Assembly (NCBI GenBank): GCA_946965045.2 | Contig: OX337231.1 | Coordinates: 3,224,001-3,288,000, forward strand | DNA: 64,000 bases | Direction of reading: 5' to 3' | Origin: Epithemia pelagica | Taxonomy: Eukaryota; Protista; Bacillariophyta | Shown: piece after piece, positions 1 through 11,311 of the stretch | Position numbering within the stretch: position 1 is the first letter of the stretch | Layout of the letters: every line of letters begins with the position of its first letter | The notes under the pieces: generated by a model | Databases searched by the model: none | What the model was told of the DNA's origin: nothing | Seen by the model: the letters and a program-made list of their open reading frames with translations, nothing else | Position numbers and translations under genes: made by a program

Positions 1-69
1 TATCAACATGTTGATTGGTGATGTCTCTCTCTTCATTCTCAAAGCAAAAATCCCAAGAATCTTTGACCC

Positions 70-1110
70 TTGCGACAGGGCAGCGTCAGACGGCTATCAT
101 CAATGACATTCCTGTTACGTACACGTTGCCCATGGTTGACACTTTCATCCAACAAGCAATCATTGGGTGTTGCGTGGTCGGCAAGACATCATCTTACGAA
201 CAACCAGAACGCTTTCTTGTCGTTCCGAACGTTTCGGAACCAGAGTTCGCAGGCCAGTAAGGAGGATCGCCAAGTACTGTTGGACCACTTGACCAATGCT
301 GAAAATGTACCGGGAGGGATTGTATCTATCCTCACATTAAACCGGCCCAATGCGGCAAATGCCATGAGCAAGACCATGTTGCAACAACTAAAAGAAGCAT
401 TGGCGCATCTAGAACACAACCCGTCTAGGTGTGTCATTGTGGCATCGTCTTCAAACAAGGTATTTTCTGCGGGTGCTGATTTGAAAGAGCGCCGGACCAT
501 GACACTGGAGGAAGCACAAGACTTTGTGACAGACTTGCGGCGAACGATGCACCGAGTAAGCGAGTTGCCCATGCCGGTCATTGCGGCCATGTCGGGGACG
601 GCCTTGGGAGGAGGTCTGGAACTGGCCTTGTGCGCAGATATACGAGTGGCCAATCGATCTGCAGTTCTTGGGTTGGTTGAAACATCTTTGGCCATTGTTC
701 CTGGTGCAGGAGGAACCCAACGGTTGCCTCGAATAATTGGAGTTTCCAAGGCCAAGGAACTCATTTTCACCGCAAGCAAAATATCGGCCGATCAAGCGCT
801 CTCATATGGGCTTGTCGACTATGTGGTTCAAGATTCCCAGGCTTACGACAACGATGATAAAGACAAGAGCGCCGAGTATCCACCAGTGGTTGATAAAGCT
901 TTGGATATAGCATGGAAGATCGCACGAAATGGTCCCTTGGCCGTAAAGGCTTCGAAAAGGGCTATTGATCAAGGCATGTTTGCCCCCAATATGGAGGTTG
1001 CACTGGATGTGGAACGAGAATGTTATGCATCAATATTGAAAACAGAGGATAGACTCGAAGGATTAGCTGCTTTTGCTGAGAAACGAACTCCTGAATACAC
1101 GGGAAAGTAA
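70..1110 (+). CDS. AUH: Enoyl-CoA hydratase/isomerase, methylglutaconyl-CoA hydratase (AUH)-like, probable mitochondrial presequence
   Basis: Crotonase motifs LTLNRPNAANAM, FSAGADLKER, ALGGGLELALCADIR, LAIVPGAGGTQRLPR and C-terminal DRLEGLAAFAEKRTPEY; Arg/Ser-rich N-terminus. Confidence 0.85.
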   Translation: MRQGSVRRLSSMTFLLRTRCPWLTLSSNKQSLGVAWSARHHLTNNQNAFLSFRTFRNQSSQASKEDRQVLLDHLTNAENVPGGIVSILTLNRPNAANAMSKTMLQQLKEALAHLEHNPSRCVIVASSSNKVFSAGADLKERRTMTLEEAQDFVTDLRRTMHRVSELPMPVIAAMSGTALGGGLELALCADIRVANRSAVLGLVETSLAIVPGAGGTQRLPRIIGVSKAKELIFTASKISADQALSYGLVDYVVQDSQAYDNDDKDKSAEYPPVVDKALDIAWKIARNGPLAVKASKRAIDQGMFAPNMEVALDVERECYASILKTEDRLEGLAAFAEKRTPEYTGK

Positions 1111-1207
1111 GCGTTGCAAGACACCATGCTGCTATAATAGAGTAGGCTAGAAGAAATGATGTACCAACCTCCATTTTCAAGCCAATCCTCTGATCAATTC
1201 ATCAACT

Positions 1208-1996
1208 TCACAGCTCCACAACTTTGGTGTCGAATTTGCGTTCCACCAAAACATAGAACATGCCAGCCAACACAATAGCGTTCGCGACCGAGTGCACCTG
1301 ACTTTGCCAATCCACAGGGGTGATACCATCCAGAATTCCGCTCGTAACGGCAATCAAGGCAATGGCCCCCGCAATACGTGGTCTTGTTTTCTGCCAGTAT
1401 TCTTGATGATAGTTTTCGGCCCGATAAAAGGGCGTTTGCTCTTCAATTTGGGTGAAAGTGGACGGAAAACCATCTCGGTTGCGACGTTCTTGTTGAATCC
1501 ATTCCTTGGCCACTCGTTCTTGATCTGGATTGTGTGGGAAAATAATAGATGCATATTGTCTGGAGCCAATCTTTGGTTCTTGTGCTTCAAAAAAGGCTTC
1601 AAGCAACTGAGGGTAGGTAATTTGAGTGTCGTCGTAGATGACACGAACGCCTTCGACCCAGTCTCGACTGAAGCAAACATTCTCATACGTGGGTGGTCGC
1701 TCGACGTCCTTGACACCCGTGTATCCAACGATGGTGTCTATTACACCTGGTTCTTTGAGTAATTCTTCCGATGGCTTCCAAAAACATCCCATGCCGAATG
1801 TCGCCTCACAAGTGGCATACAACGGACGAGGTCGTGATTGGAACTTGGAAGACGAAACAAAGCCATCGGCATATGACACCAGCAGTAATAGCGCAAGAAA
1901 GGGAAACGCGTTACCACTGTGTCTCTCCATGATTCTCCCGTTCGTCATGTTGGCCGCCATGGTGTAAAGAATTTTGGAGCCTGGTCCCTGGTCCAC
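1208..1996 (-). CDS. msrA: Peptide methionine sulfoxide reductase MsrA, plastid-type presequence, C-terminal hydrophobic helices
   Basis: Catalytic GMGCFW, GYTG, FYRAENYHQEY motifs; signal peptide FLALLLLVSYADG-FVS; true start may be the downstream Met near 1930. Confidence 0.9.
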   Translation of the reverse strand: MDQGPGSKILYTMAANMTNGRIMERHSGNAFPFLALLLLVSYADGFVSSSKFQSRPRPLYATCEATFGMGCFWKPSEELLKEPGVIDTIVGYTGVKDVERPPTYENVCFSRDWVEGVRVIYDDTQITYPQLLEAFFEAQEPKIGSRQYASIIFPHNPDQERVAKEWIQQERRNRDGFPSTFTQIEEQTPFYRAENYHQEYWQKTRPRIAGAIALIAVTSGILDGITPVDWQSQVHSVANAIVLAGMFYVLVERKFDTKVVEL

Positions 1997-2169
1997 GTCA
2001 TCGAAAACAAGCGACCCTCTCGCGGCTTAGATGTCCTCCGCGCGACCTTATACGCGACTAGAGACGAAGCTTTCTTTGTTTCGCCGGATTGACACGATCT
2101 TTGGAATGGAATTATCAACCTTCTTTGCAATGAAAAGGCGAAGAACCCACAAAGTTTTATTGTTGAAGC

Positions 2170-4936
2170 ATGCGAAACATGATGAAAGTGCCTGATGCGA
2201 TCCGTGGCTATTGTAGGCATGCAAATGGCCGCTCCGGGTTCACAAACCATGTGAATCAGCTGTGGAACCGGAACCGTTCACCATCAAATCCGTGTCCAAA
2301 GAGAGTCGAGACCTGCCGCAACACTTTCTATACAAGACCACCACATGCGGCGTTTTCTTCCTCTACCACGACAAGTTCCCAGTCAGAGCCTCGCATCCAA
2401 GTTCGGTCGAATCGACGAACCAACCTCATTTTTGGTGCCAACACTGATGTGGGAAAAACAATCGTTTCTGCAGGTTTGACAAGAGCATGTCTTGCCAACG
2501 GTCATGCAGTTCATTACATCAAACCCCTACAGTCGGGTGGAGTGGATGATCAATTTATCCACAAACATGCATTCCCATCTACAACTGACGTTTCCGCGAG
2601 CAAGAACCTGTCGACCAAAGTTTTGTTTTCCTGGCAAACACCGTCCTCGCCTCATGTGGCTAGTCGCATAGAAGGACTACCCTGTAGCGACCAAGAATTC
2701 TGGAACGCTCTTCATAGCGAACTTACCTCCACAGCATCGATTCATGATGCTAATGGTGGAGAATACAGGACAACGTTGATTGAAACAGCAGGAGGTGTCT
2801 TGAGTCCAGCTGCGGCATCTCCCGATAACCAGTCGCCCAAACATGCACGTCGACCTGCAGCAGCATCTTCGGAAAGTGACCAGGAGAACCCGTTCACATG
2901 GGGATGGCAACCACAAGCAGATCTCTATCAGCCACTTTTGGGACAATTCCCGGTCGTATTGGTAGGAGATGGAAAGTTGGGGGGAATCAGTTGTACATTG
3001 TCGTCCTTAGAATCCCTCTTGTTGCGAGGGTACGATGTAGCTGCCGTCGTATTTGTCGAAACCTCAGAACATTCCGCACACAATGCCGAGGCCCTTGCTG
3101 AGTACGCCGAGGGAAGACACTTTAGGCTTCGCAGTGGTGCCGGACAATCCCTCCTCACCCATACATCCCAGTCCATTATTTCGTTGCCTCCCATTCCAGA
3201 AGATCCACACGTTCCCCTACATGAGTGGTTTGCCTCGGAACAGGTATCCAAGTCCTTTGCCAAGCTGGATCGCTTTTTACAAAGTACGTGGGAAGGACAA
3301 GTATCGGACCTGCAAACTATGCGACGAGATGGACGTGAAGTTATCTGGTGGCCCTTTACACAGCATGGAAAGATTGAGTCGGATGATAAAGTTACCCTTA
3401 TTGATAGTGCATCTGGGGACAACTACAACGTTGTGGCTAACAGCCACTCAGCTGAGACCTTGGAAGGAACGTCCAAGGCAACGGCATCATCTGGTTTAGA
3501 GCGCGTGCCCATGTTTGATGCCTGTGCATCCTGGTGGACGCAAGGGATTGGACATGGCGAATCCAGTATGGCCTTATCGACAGCCGCTGCTGCGGGTAGA
3601 TACGGTCATGTGATTTTCCCTGATGTAGTGCATGCTCCTGCCGTCGCCTTGTCTCAGAAATTGGTGGGTCCGAAGGGACCGGGATACCCCTGGGCCAAGC
3701 GCGCATTCTTCACCGACAATGGGTCTACTGGTATGGAAGTAGCACTGAAAATGGCCATGAAAACCTATCAGAAACGACAGGGCATGACTGATAAAGAAGC
3801 GGAAGAGTGGCACTTGGATTGTATCGCACAGGTGGACTCTTACCACGGCGACACATTGGCTGTTATGAACATGTCCGAGCCAAGCATTTTCAACAAAGGA
3901 CAGCATCCCTGGTACGAGCCAAGGGGATTGTTCCTGGAACCACCGACGATTGGTAGGTACTGATTTGGAATGGATGGAAACGTTGCACAATGCCTTGGTT
4001 GTCTTATTGGAGATATTGTTTGTGATTACAGGGTTTAAGGAAGGTCAGCTGTCAATCTCGCTGGGAAAAGATTCAGAACTTCCTGAGGATGTTGCTTCCG
4101 AATTTAACACCATTGAGGAAATTATGGATGTACCTGGACGAATGATTAGCCGGAAAATGATTGCAAGCTATCGGCAATATATCGACATGCATTGGCTATT
4201 TTATGAGCACAAAGAAGCGGATACGAAAATAGGTTGTGTCATCATCGAGCCTATACTAATGGGTGCTGGTGGTATGAAATTTATTGATCCATTGTGGCAG
4301 AGAGCATTGATGGACATTGCCAAGGAAAAGAACGTTCCCGTCGTGTTTGACGAGGTGGCGTCAGGGCTCAATCGTGTTGGCGTCACCAGCTGTCGTGATA
4401 TCCTTCAAAGCAATCCCGATGTTGCCTGTTATGCCAAGCTGTTAACTGGTGGATTGTTGCCCATGAGTGTGACACTCGCGTCCGAAGAGGTTTTTACCAC
4501 ATTTTTGGGTGATGAGAAAAGCCAAGCGCTTTTGCATGGACATTCTTACACGGCCAATCCAGTTGGATGTGTTGCAGCACTGCATGCATTGGACGTGTAC
4601 GAAAGTGTTCTGGGCAATGCGAAGAAAAAGGCCAGGCGAGGACCAAATAACTTGTTTGATGAAAACCAAGTACGAGAACTTTCCATGTTACCGATTGTGG
4701 AACAATGTTTCACATTGGGAACCGTGCTTTCGGTGACAATCAAACCAGAAGCTGGTGGTGCCGGTGGCTATGGAGCATCTTCTCGTACGATTCCGTTGGT
4801 AAAACAACTTCGAGAGAAAGGCGTTTACGCGCGTCCTCTGGGAAATGTGATCTATATTATGGCGTCGCCCTTGACACCTAGAGAGGAATGTGTGCGCTTG
4901 ACGGATATGTTACATCAAGTGTTGGGCAACCCATAA
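2170..4936 (+). CDS. BIO3-BIO1: Bifunctional dethiobiotin synthetase / 7,8-diaminopelargonate aminotransferase; 2 exons (intron 3953-4031)
   Basis: BioD motifs GANTDVGKT, YIKPLQSG, ETAGGV; BioA motifs WWPFTQH, DACASWWTQGIGHG, FDEVASG, AKLLTGG, HGHSYTANP. GT-AG intron joins the two ORFs in frame. Confidence 0.95.
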
Positions 4937-5021
4937 GAACACGTCGAAGAACAGAACTTTGTCCGGAGCGTCCATTTGATCAAAACCGTGGCATCTCGGA
5001 TGTCGATAGACACATTCGATC

Positions 5022-5342
5022 CCTCTTTATTCGACGGATGAACCAATACCAGACGTCTGGCCCGGTTCGACGGTTACGGACCCAACAACGTCGGTTCCGG
5101 CAATTTTTCCGCCCTGCAACCTCCGGTCTGTAACTGCTTCCCCCTTGTTCACATCACCACCTTCCACTCTTTATCTATTCTCCTCTGTTTACATGGTTCT
5201 TTTCATATTGGTGGGACGTTCCGTTCCTTTCTTTCACTGTGGTCGCCTTGGACCGGCGGGACTATGTCTCCTTTAGTGCCCAAGCGACGTTAAAGCCCTA
5301 GGCAGTTCGGTAAAGAACTAATCAATGAGTTATTATTATTAT
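5022..5342 (+). mobile_element. 5'-truncated non-LTR retroelement (LINE 3' end or SINE) in the BIO3-BIO1 3' flank
   Basis: Identical 15-mer TAGACACATTCGATC at 5007-5021 and 5343-5357 brackets 321 bp ending in a (TTA)n tail immediately before the second copy. Confidence 0.6.
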
Positions 5343-5791
5343 TAGACACATTCGATCGAGTTGTCAAGTCCTGCTATTTGATCAGACTTGATAATTCCGT
5401 ACACCGAGTCTTACAACATGGACAGCAACATGGGCAATCCAAGGACATATCCGTATTGGAGAAATAGAATCAATTGGCGAAATTGGCACTCAATAAGCCA
5501 CTTCCATCGAGTTGCACGAGTGCGGTACTGAGTAGGAGTAGTGATTATACTACTCTATGAGTAGTATAGCTAGCTATAGCCTTAGAACTTGCGGGATTAC
5601 ACGGCAAGCATAGAATACGGGTCGGATATGCAATATTCGGAATACGGAACGCGTAAAACGAAAAACATAAATTAAAGCGACCGATGCCCCATCAGAATCA
5701 GAAATCAGAACGCTCTCTTTGAGTTGTTTTGCTTCATACGATAGTGGTCCGCTCAAGGAGGAAAGAATGATCGCATCTGGCATGCCATCTG

Positions 5792-7879
5792 ATGCCTGAT
5801 TCTAGTAAAGAGGATGATGAAGTATCCAGGAAGCGGAAATTGCCGGCTGACGACCAAGGACCCCATTCCAATGTAGCCGTAGAGACCCCGTGCAATCTCT
5901 CGCCAGATTTCAGGTCGGGGAAGAATGCATCTCGATACGTCATAAAAGTTGAATGGACCTCAAAGCAAACCGCGCGTGTGCTTTTTACATCAAGTCAAAC
6001 CGCGTCAACACCATCCACGCTCTTGGTTTCAGGGCGTGGTTATATTACCTGCCTACGAGGCACCGTGGAAGTACATGGTTTTGTCTTGTCAGCCGATCCA
6101 AATGGAACAAGTCAGCCCCAACGCCGTATTCCCTTTGATTGCCCGTCCTCTTGGTCAAACTGGTTGACTATCGGCCACAATAGTTTTAGCGATGCCGAAC
6201 TGGATACTTGTCTACAAATTGACTCGATGAGATTGGAATTATCTGAAGAGAAACAAGAAAATTCCAGTCCATCTTCGAGACAAGTCAAGCAGAAATCGGA
6301 ATCATCTGCTTCCTTCGATATCCAGTTGCTTGATATTGGGATAAACCACAAGAGCATTCGTCCAACAATTTTTCCAGATGCGTGGGAACAAGTAGCAACC
6401 GAAATACTGTTTGATCAGGCTAGGTATGCTCGAACTGACTCTAAAGATATCGGGCAATCGATTCGATCGCCTGACGTGATAAACGAGATCAGAACAGGAA
6501 CGAAACAACGTACATCAACATCATTTGTTGTGGCTATTTGTGGTGCAAAGGGAGTTGGTAAGAGCACATTCCTGCGATACTTGTTGAATCAGTTTCTGAG
6601 CAGAATTCAAGATGTTACTGTGGGTGTATTGGACGCTGATTTGGGACAACCCGAGTTGTCACCCCCTGGACTGGTCTCCCTGACGATTCCTATAACAGAA
6701 CCCTTGTTGTCTTCTCCACACATGCATATGGTCGTCAACTCTGCGGACAAGAATCATCCCTTTTGCTCCTGGGGCAACGCATTGAAGTCCGAAGATCATT
6801 TTTTTCATAAGAATCAAACTGCCTTCTTCTTGGCAAGTACCTCATCTGCTAACACCGATACAACAAGTTATATGCAAAGTATTGACAAACTTATGCATGA
6901 CTTTCGGATGAGTTCTTGGATGGATGTTAAGAGCCCGGACCATAACTCCCCACCAGCCGTCTTGTTGGTAAACCTTGATGGTTGGGTCAAGGGCCTTGGA
7001 CGTGAATTGTTACAAGCCTTGCTACAGCAAACCATACGGCCAACCCACATTGTGCAGATTCAAGGAACAACTCCTTCTCAACAGTTTGAGTTAGATCGAT
7101 CATCACTGGTCGCAGACGACGGAAACAGCACCTGTATTCATGTGATTCCATCTTATCGGAGCCACTACGTTCACATGAAAGATCGAGAGGAGCAGACTCC
7201 GCCAGTAGCTGGGCCTATCAACTTTTCTGGTTCTGAATTCCCCGAAGAGGACATACGTTCAACTTCGCAGAGGATATACGCTCCAGTAGTACTTCCATCT
7301 ACCACGATGCGGACTTTGCGTTTGTGTACCTACTTTCTTGACAATGATATTTCTCTCTGGGAACGCCTATCCATCAATCTCAGGTCTGGTGGTACTGGGA
7401 TTTCGGACCCTGAGTTTGAAATTTCGAAGCGCTTGGCAGCCATGTCGCCGTATGAGGTTCCTCTTCAATCTATGATGTTGCTTGACCCTGTAGTTGGTAT
7501 AGACTCTGATTGTACGGAGCTGTACTCATGGAACGCCACAATTGTGGGACTATGCTATGAGAAAACGAAGGAAAATCAAACGCCTTGGCACTTGCTCCCA
7601 TGTGTGGGACTTGGAATCGTTCGATCAATTGATGTTATAAAGGGACTTTTCTATATTCTGACCCCTGTGGATCCACACGCTTTGACAAAAGTCAATGTGT
7701 TGGTGAAAAGCCAGACCATGGGGCTACCTTTAGAAATGACTTATCGTGGTGTTCATTCGGAATGTTTCCCTTACATGGAAATGAAGTCCACACCGGACGA
7801 AGACATGATACTGTTAGGAGCCGCCCCTATCAAAAGTCGGAATACGATCGGCCGGAGGAAATTTCGTCCAAACGATTAA
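5792..7879 (+). CDS. NOL9: Polynucleotide 5'-hydroxyl kinase NOL9/Grc3 (Clp1 family)
   Basis: Walker A CGAKGVGKST, LDADLGQPELSPPG, VNLDGWVKGLG, C-terminal CVGLGIVRSID. Confidence 0.9.
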   Translation: MPDSSKEDDEVSRKRKLPADDQGPHSNVAVETPCNLSPDFRSGKNASRYVIKVEWTSKQTARVLFTSSQTASTPSTLLVSGRGYITCLRGTVEVHGFVLSADPNGTSQPQRRIPFDCPSSWSNWLTIGHNSFSDAELDTCLQIDSMRLELSEEKQENSSPSSRQVKQKSESSASFDIQLLDIGINHKSIRPTIFPDAWEQVATEILFDQARYARTDSKDIGQSIRSPDVINEIRTGTKQRTSTSFVVAICGAKGVGKSTFLRYLLNQFLSRIQDVTVGVLDADLGQPELSPPGLVSLTIPITEPLLSSPHMHMVVNSADKNHPFCSWGNALKSEDHFFHKNQTAFFLASTSSANTDTTSYMQSIDKLMHDFRMSSWMDVKSPDHNSPPAVLLVNLDGWVKGLGRELLQALLQQTIRPTHIVQIQGTTPSQQFELDRSSLVADDGNSTCIHVIPSYRSHYVHMKDREEQTPPVAGPINFSGSEFPEEDIRSTSQRIYAPVVLPSTTMRTLRLCTYFLDNDISLWERLSINLRSGGTGISDPEFEISKRLAAMSPYEVPLQSMMLLDPVVGIDSDCTELYSWNATIVGLCYEKTKENQTPWHLLPCVGLGIVRSIDVIKGLFYILTPVDPHALTKVNVLVKSQTMGLPLEMTYRGVHSECFPYMEMKSTPDEDMILLGAAPIKSRNTIGRRKFRPND

Positions 7880-8087
7880 AGTCAATATTATAACACATCT
7901 CCAACATCCAAAGCTTTCACTGCCCTTTTCTGTGACGCATAACTTGTCTGTCTCCGAACTTGTTGATTCAGCCGCCTTCGCTTACCGCAAATTGATCTTC
8001 CAAGTGCAAACATATTTCTATGTACATGATAAAGCAATGGGGTAATGTGTGTCTCATGATCAAATATGAATTCTAGTTTAGAAGTAC

Positions 8088-10299
8088 CTAAGACGAAGGA
8101 GCAGGCCGCCGGAAAGCGCCACGGGAGGTTGTTTCCACAATCGTTGGTTCAGCTGAGCCCCTTTTGGAACCTCCCTCATCCTCATCATCACCACCCTCGA
8201 CTTCGGGATATTTATCGACGGCTTTCTTCCACGTCATCTTATTGTGGACGATCATAAAGATAAGTGTGGTAACATCTTCCTTAGGAAGACGAATTTGCTT
8301 CATGGAGTCACGCTCACGCATGGTAACTGTACCATCCACCAACGTTTGGAAATCAACAGTCACAGCAAAAGGGACACCAAGTTCATCGACACGGGCATAA
8401 CGCCGACCCAATGCGGCCGATGATTTGTCAACGCGCGTTGCGAGATCCGTTTCCATCAAATCAGACGCAATTTCGTCAACAACAGCATTGCACTCCGGGT
8501 TGCTACTAATCGGTAAGACGGCACATTTCTCGGGAGCCACCTGAGGCTTGAATTTCATGAAACAACGTTGTTCGTCAGCCTCACGCTGGTCAAATGAGTG
8601 TTCCAAAAGCGAATACAGAATACGACCCATGCCGAACGACGGTTCAATCACAGAAGGAGTGAACTTGATTTCGTGCACCATTTTCTTGTTTTTGGTCCAT
8701 GTGACCATATCTTTGGTGATCTCGAAACCATCCACTGTTGTCTTCCCGTCCTTCTCCAGGGCAGTCGCAACGGGTTCAAAGTCTTCCCAGTTCTCAGCCA
8801 GAGTTTCAAGCAGACCAGAAACGACTCGTTGATCACCTTTGAATGCCTGACCGAGCAGCTTACGATCGAACTTGAGTTTTGCCATTTCAATCTCTTGCGG
8901 CGGATCAACCTTCTGGGTGGCCAGCATTGGCGTTTTGGTTGCCTTGCTATGGACCTCCAAGTCGTAGCAGGCCCTGTCTGCGTGGCCGACACACTCAACC
9001 CAGCCATAGGAAGACTCAATCTCCAAATCCCAGCAATCAGCGGCATAGTGAGCCATTTCAGTGGTCAAATGCTGACGAAAACGAAGGCGCTCCGTATCCA
9101 TACCGATTCTCTCCATGTATAGTTGGGTGCGTGCCATGAAGTAGGCCAGGGTCTGATTATTGATGAGACCAGTCTTGACAGCCTCACCGCAAGATAATTT
9201 CTTGGTTTTGCCTGATCCCAGCTGATCTTCTCGTCCAAACAAAACAAGCTCTTTTTTCTCTATCGACCCAAAGTTCGGGTGGTCCTTATCTTTGGGGTTG
9301 ACAAAATGCTCAATCTCTGCCATGCAGAATTCTCGGACACGTAACAAACCCGAGCGAGGAGCAATTTCGTTACGGAATCCCATACCAACTTGAGCCGCCG
9401 CAAAAGGCGTTTTACCGGCATTCAGGTCGAGCAAGCGCCGGAAATTAACAAACAATCCTTGAGCAGTTTCCGGTCGTAAGTATCCCACGGACGTCCCTTC
9501 CGGACCAATGCTTGTTTTGAACATAAGATTAAAAGGAAAAGAGGGCGAGTATGGTGTGCCAGAGGGACCTTTGCATTCGTACTTAATCAGAAGCTGGTCC
9601 AACTCTTCGGGAGAGAATGCATCCGCCTGCCGTTGGATACGTAAATGTTCCTCTTTCTCTTCCGAAGGCATTGATGGATTCGCCTCAAGGAGATTGTCGA
9701 TGGCATCTTCTAGTAATTTATCAGCACGGAAACACTCTCCTGTCGGTGGATCTTTAACCATGAGATCTGTAAATCGATCAACATGCCCAGAAGTTTTCAA
9801 AACAACTTCGGGTGTTAAGTTCGTACATTCCATTTCCAACATACTTTCATTCAACACGAAATGCTTGCGCCACAAATCAATCATAGCAGCCTGAAGGATA
9901 TTGGAAACAATGTCAGCTGAAGAGATGTTCTCATGAAACCGCTCATATATGTACGCAAGATATGATTCCTACCTTGAGGGCGCATGCCGGAGGACCAAGA
10001 TCAAAGAGACCTTTGACACCACCATGAATCTCGAAGCTAGGTACAACAAACATTTTTCTCAACACTAAATCATCAAAGGCTTTTCGGTTGAATTGAGGCT
10101 TGTTGCTCTTCAGCTTCTCAGTTAGCTCGGCGGCTTCCATTTTGAGTGCCTGAAGGACCTGAACAGCTTCACCGATTGCTTCCGCTGTTCCACCCTCCTT
10201 CTTCAACGTGCGAACGGTTGCACCTTGAGACGTGATCTTGGCATTAAGCGCATCCAGACGATCCTGAAGCTCAGTTTGATCATCTTCTTCAGACGACAT
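8088..10299 (-). CDS. GARS: Glycyl-tRNA synthetase (eukaryotic type, N-terminal WHEP domain); intron 9891-9972
   Basis: WHEP-like QGATVRTLKK, YLRPETAQG, FRNEIAPRSGLLRVREF, VIEPSFGMGR, anticodon-binding RRYARVDELGVPF; splice LK|AAMI is in frame. Confidence 0.95.
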
Positions 10300-10651
10300 T
10301 GTTGGGATTATAAATGGCGAACAGCGTCACAATAATGTGTTCAATTGCTGATGGACCATACGTCTGATGAGCTTTCGTCGGTTGTGGGTTGTGGTGGTCT
10401 GTATTGGTGGTCCCAGTCCAGGTCCCAGCCTATCAGCGGGGGGCGGGTTGAAGGATATTTACCGCGGCATGTGAAGATCCCCCCACTAACTGTGCTATCC
10501 TAGCTAGCAGCTCGGAGCAAAAGATCTTTGGACCCGGTCGCACATAGTCATGATTCGCATAATCGCGCGTCCCCTGAAAGCGCGACGCGATTATCAACGA
10601 AATCGCGCTTTTACTTTTTTTGTTCGGTTAGGTTAAAACTAAAACCGCATC

Positions 10652-11311
10652 ATGGGAAGAGGAGCTTTGACCTTCAAAGGGGATGACAAGCCCAGAAAGA
10701 AGAAGAAGAAAACGAAACACAATGCAAATGTTGATACTCAAAATCATGAAGAGAGCCAGACAGGGTCAGGACCTTCATCATTCAATGAAAGGAAAGCACC
10801 TCTTTCCCTGACAGCGAACTCCACTCCCATATTTGTGCCACAGCAACATCAGCAACAACAGCCAAAGCTACAACCTGGCAAAGGCCAAATCACCACGTCA
10901 GGTACGGTGGTCATGGGTCATAATGGCACTGAATTCACTCGGCAGTTGAGGGTAGGGGATGCAATCTTGGTTGGCGGTGAAATGAGGGTTGTCACCATGT
11001 GTCTGTCCGAAGTTTCAATCAATCTTAGCAGTGCCTTCTCATCCAACTACGTGAAACCCACGAGTTTTCAATTCATTTGTAAGCCAAGAAAGATGCCGAC
11101 GGATTCCGAAAAGGATAAGAAAAAACTCCAACAAGAAGAAGAGCAATCAAAATCAGCAGCTGGAACTTATGCATCCAATACCGAACTTGTATATCGACAG
11201 AAAACTGCGCAGAACTCATACAGAATTGTCAGAGAGACGCTAGATCAAGAAGCCTCAAGAGGAGATTTGCTGGAAATGAGAACTAAGAAGAAAAGCGACA
11301 AGTACTGTTGA
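10652..11311 (+). CDS. Basic nuclear protein with FRG1-like termini and a small beta-rich core
   Basis: N-terminal LTFKG plus poly-K NLS and C-terminal DLLEMRTKKKSDKYC resemble FRG1 ends (from memory); the core is not recognised as fascin-like. Confidence 0.45.
   Translation: MGRGALTFKGDDKPRKKKKKTKHNANVDTQNHEESQTGSGPSSFNERKAPLSLTANSTPIFVPQQHQQQQPKLQPGKGQITTSGTVVMGHNGTEFTRQLRVGDAILVGGEMRVVTMCLSEVSINLSSAFSSNYVKPTSFQFICKPRKMPTDSEKDKKKLQQEEEQSKSAAGTYASNTELVYRQKTAQNSYRIVRETLDQEASRGDLLEMRTKKKSDKYC

Noticed and set aside
3953-4031. Programmed frameshift or bicistronic split in BIO3-BIO1
   Set aside because: A standard GT-AG intron explains the frame change.
70-4936. Functional cluster of leucine-catabolism hydratase and biotin synthesis
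   Set aside because: Only two loosely related genes separated by msrA; adjacency is plausible by chance in a compact genome.
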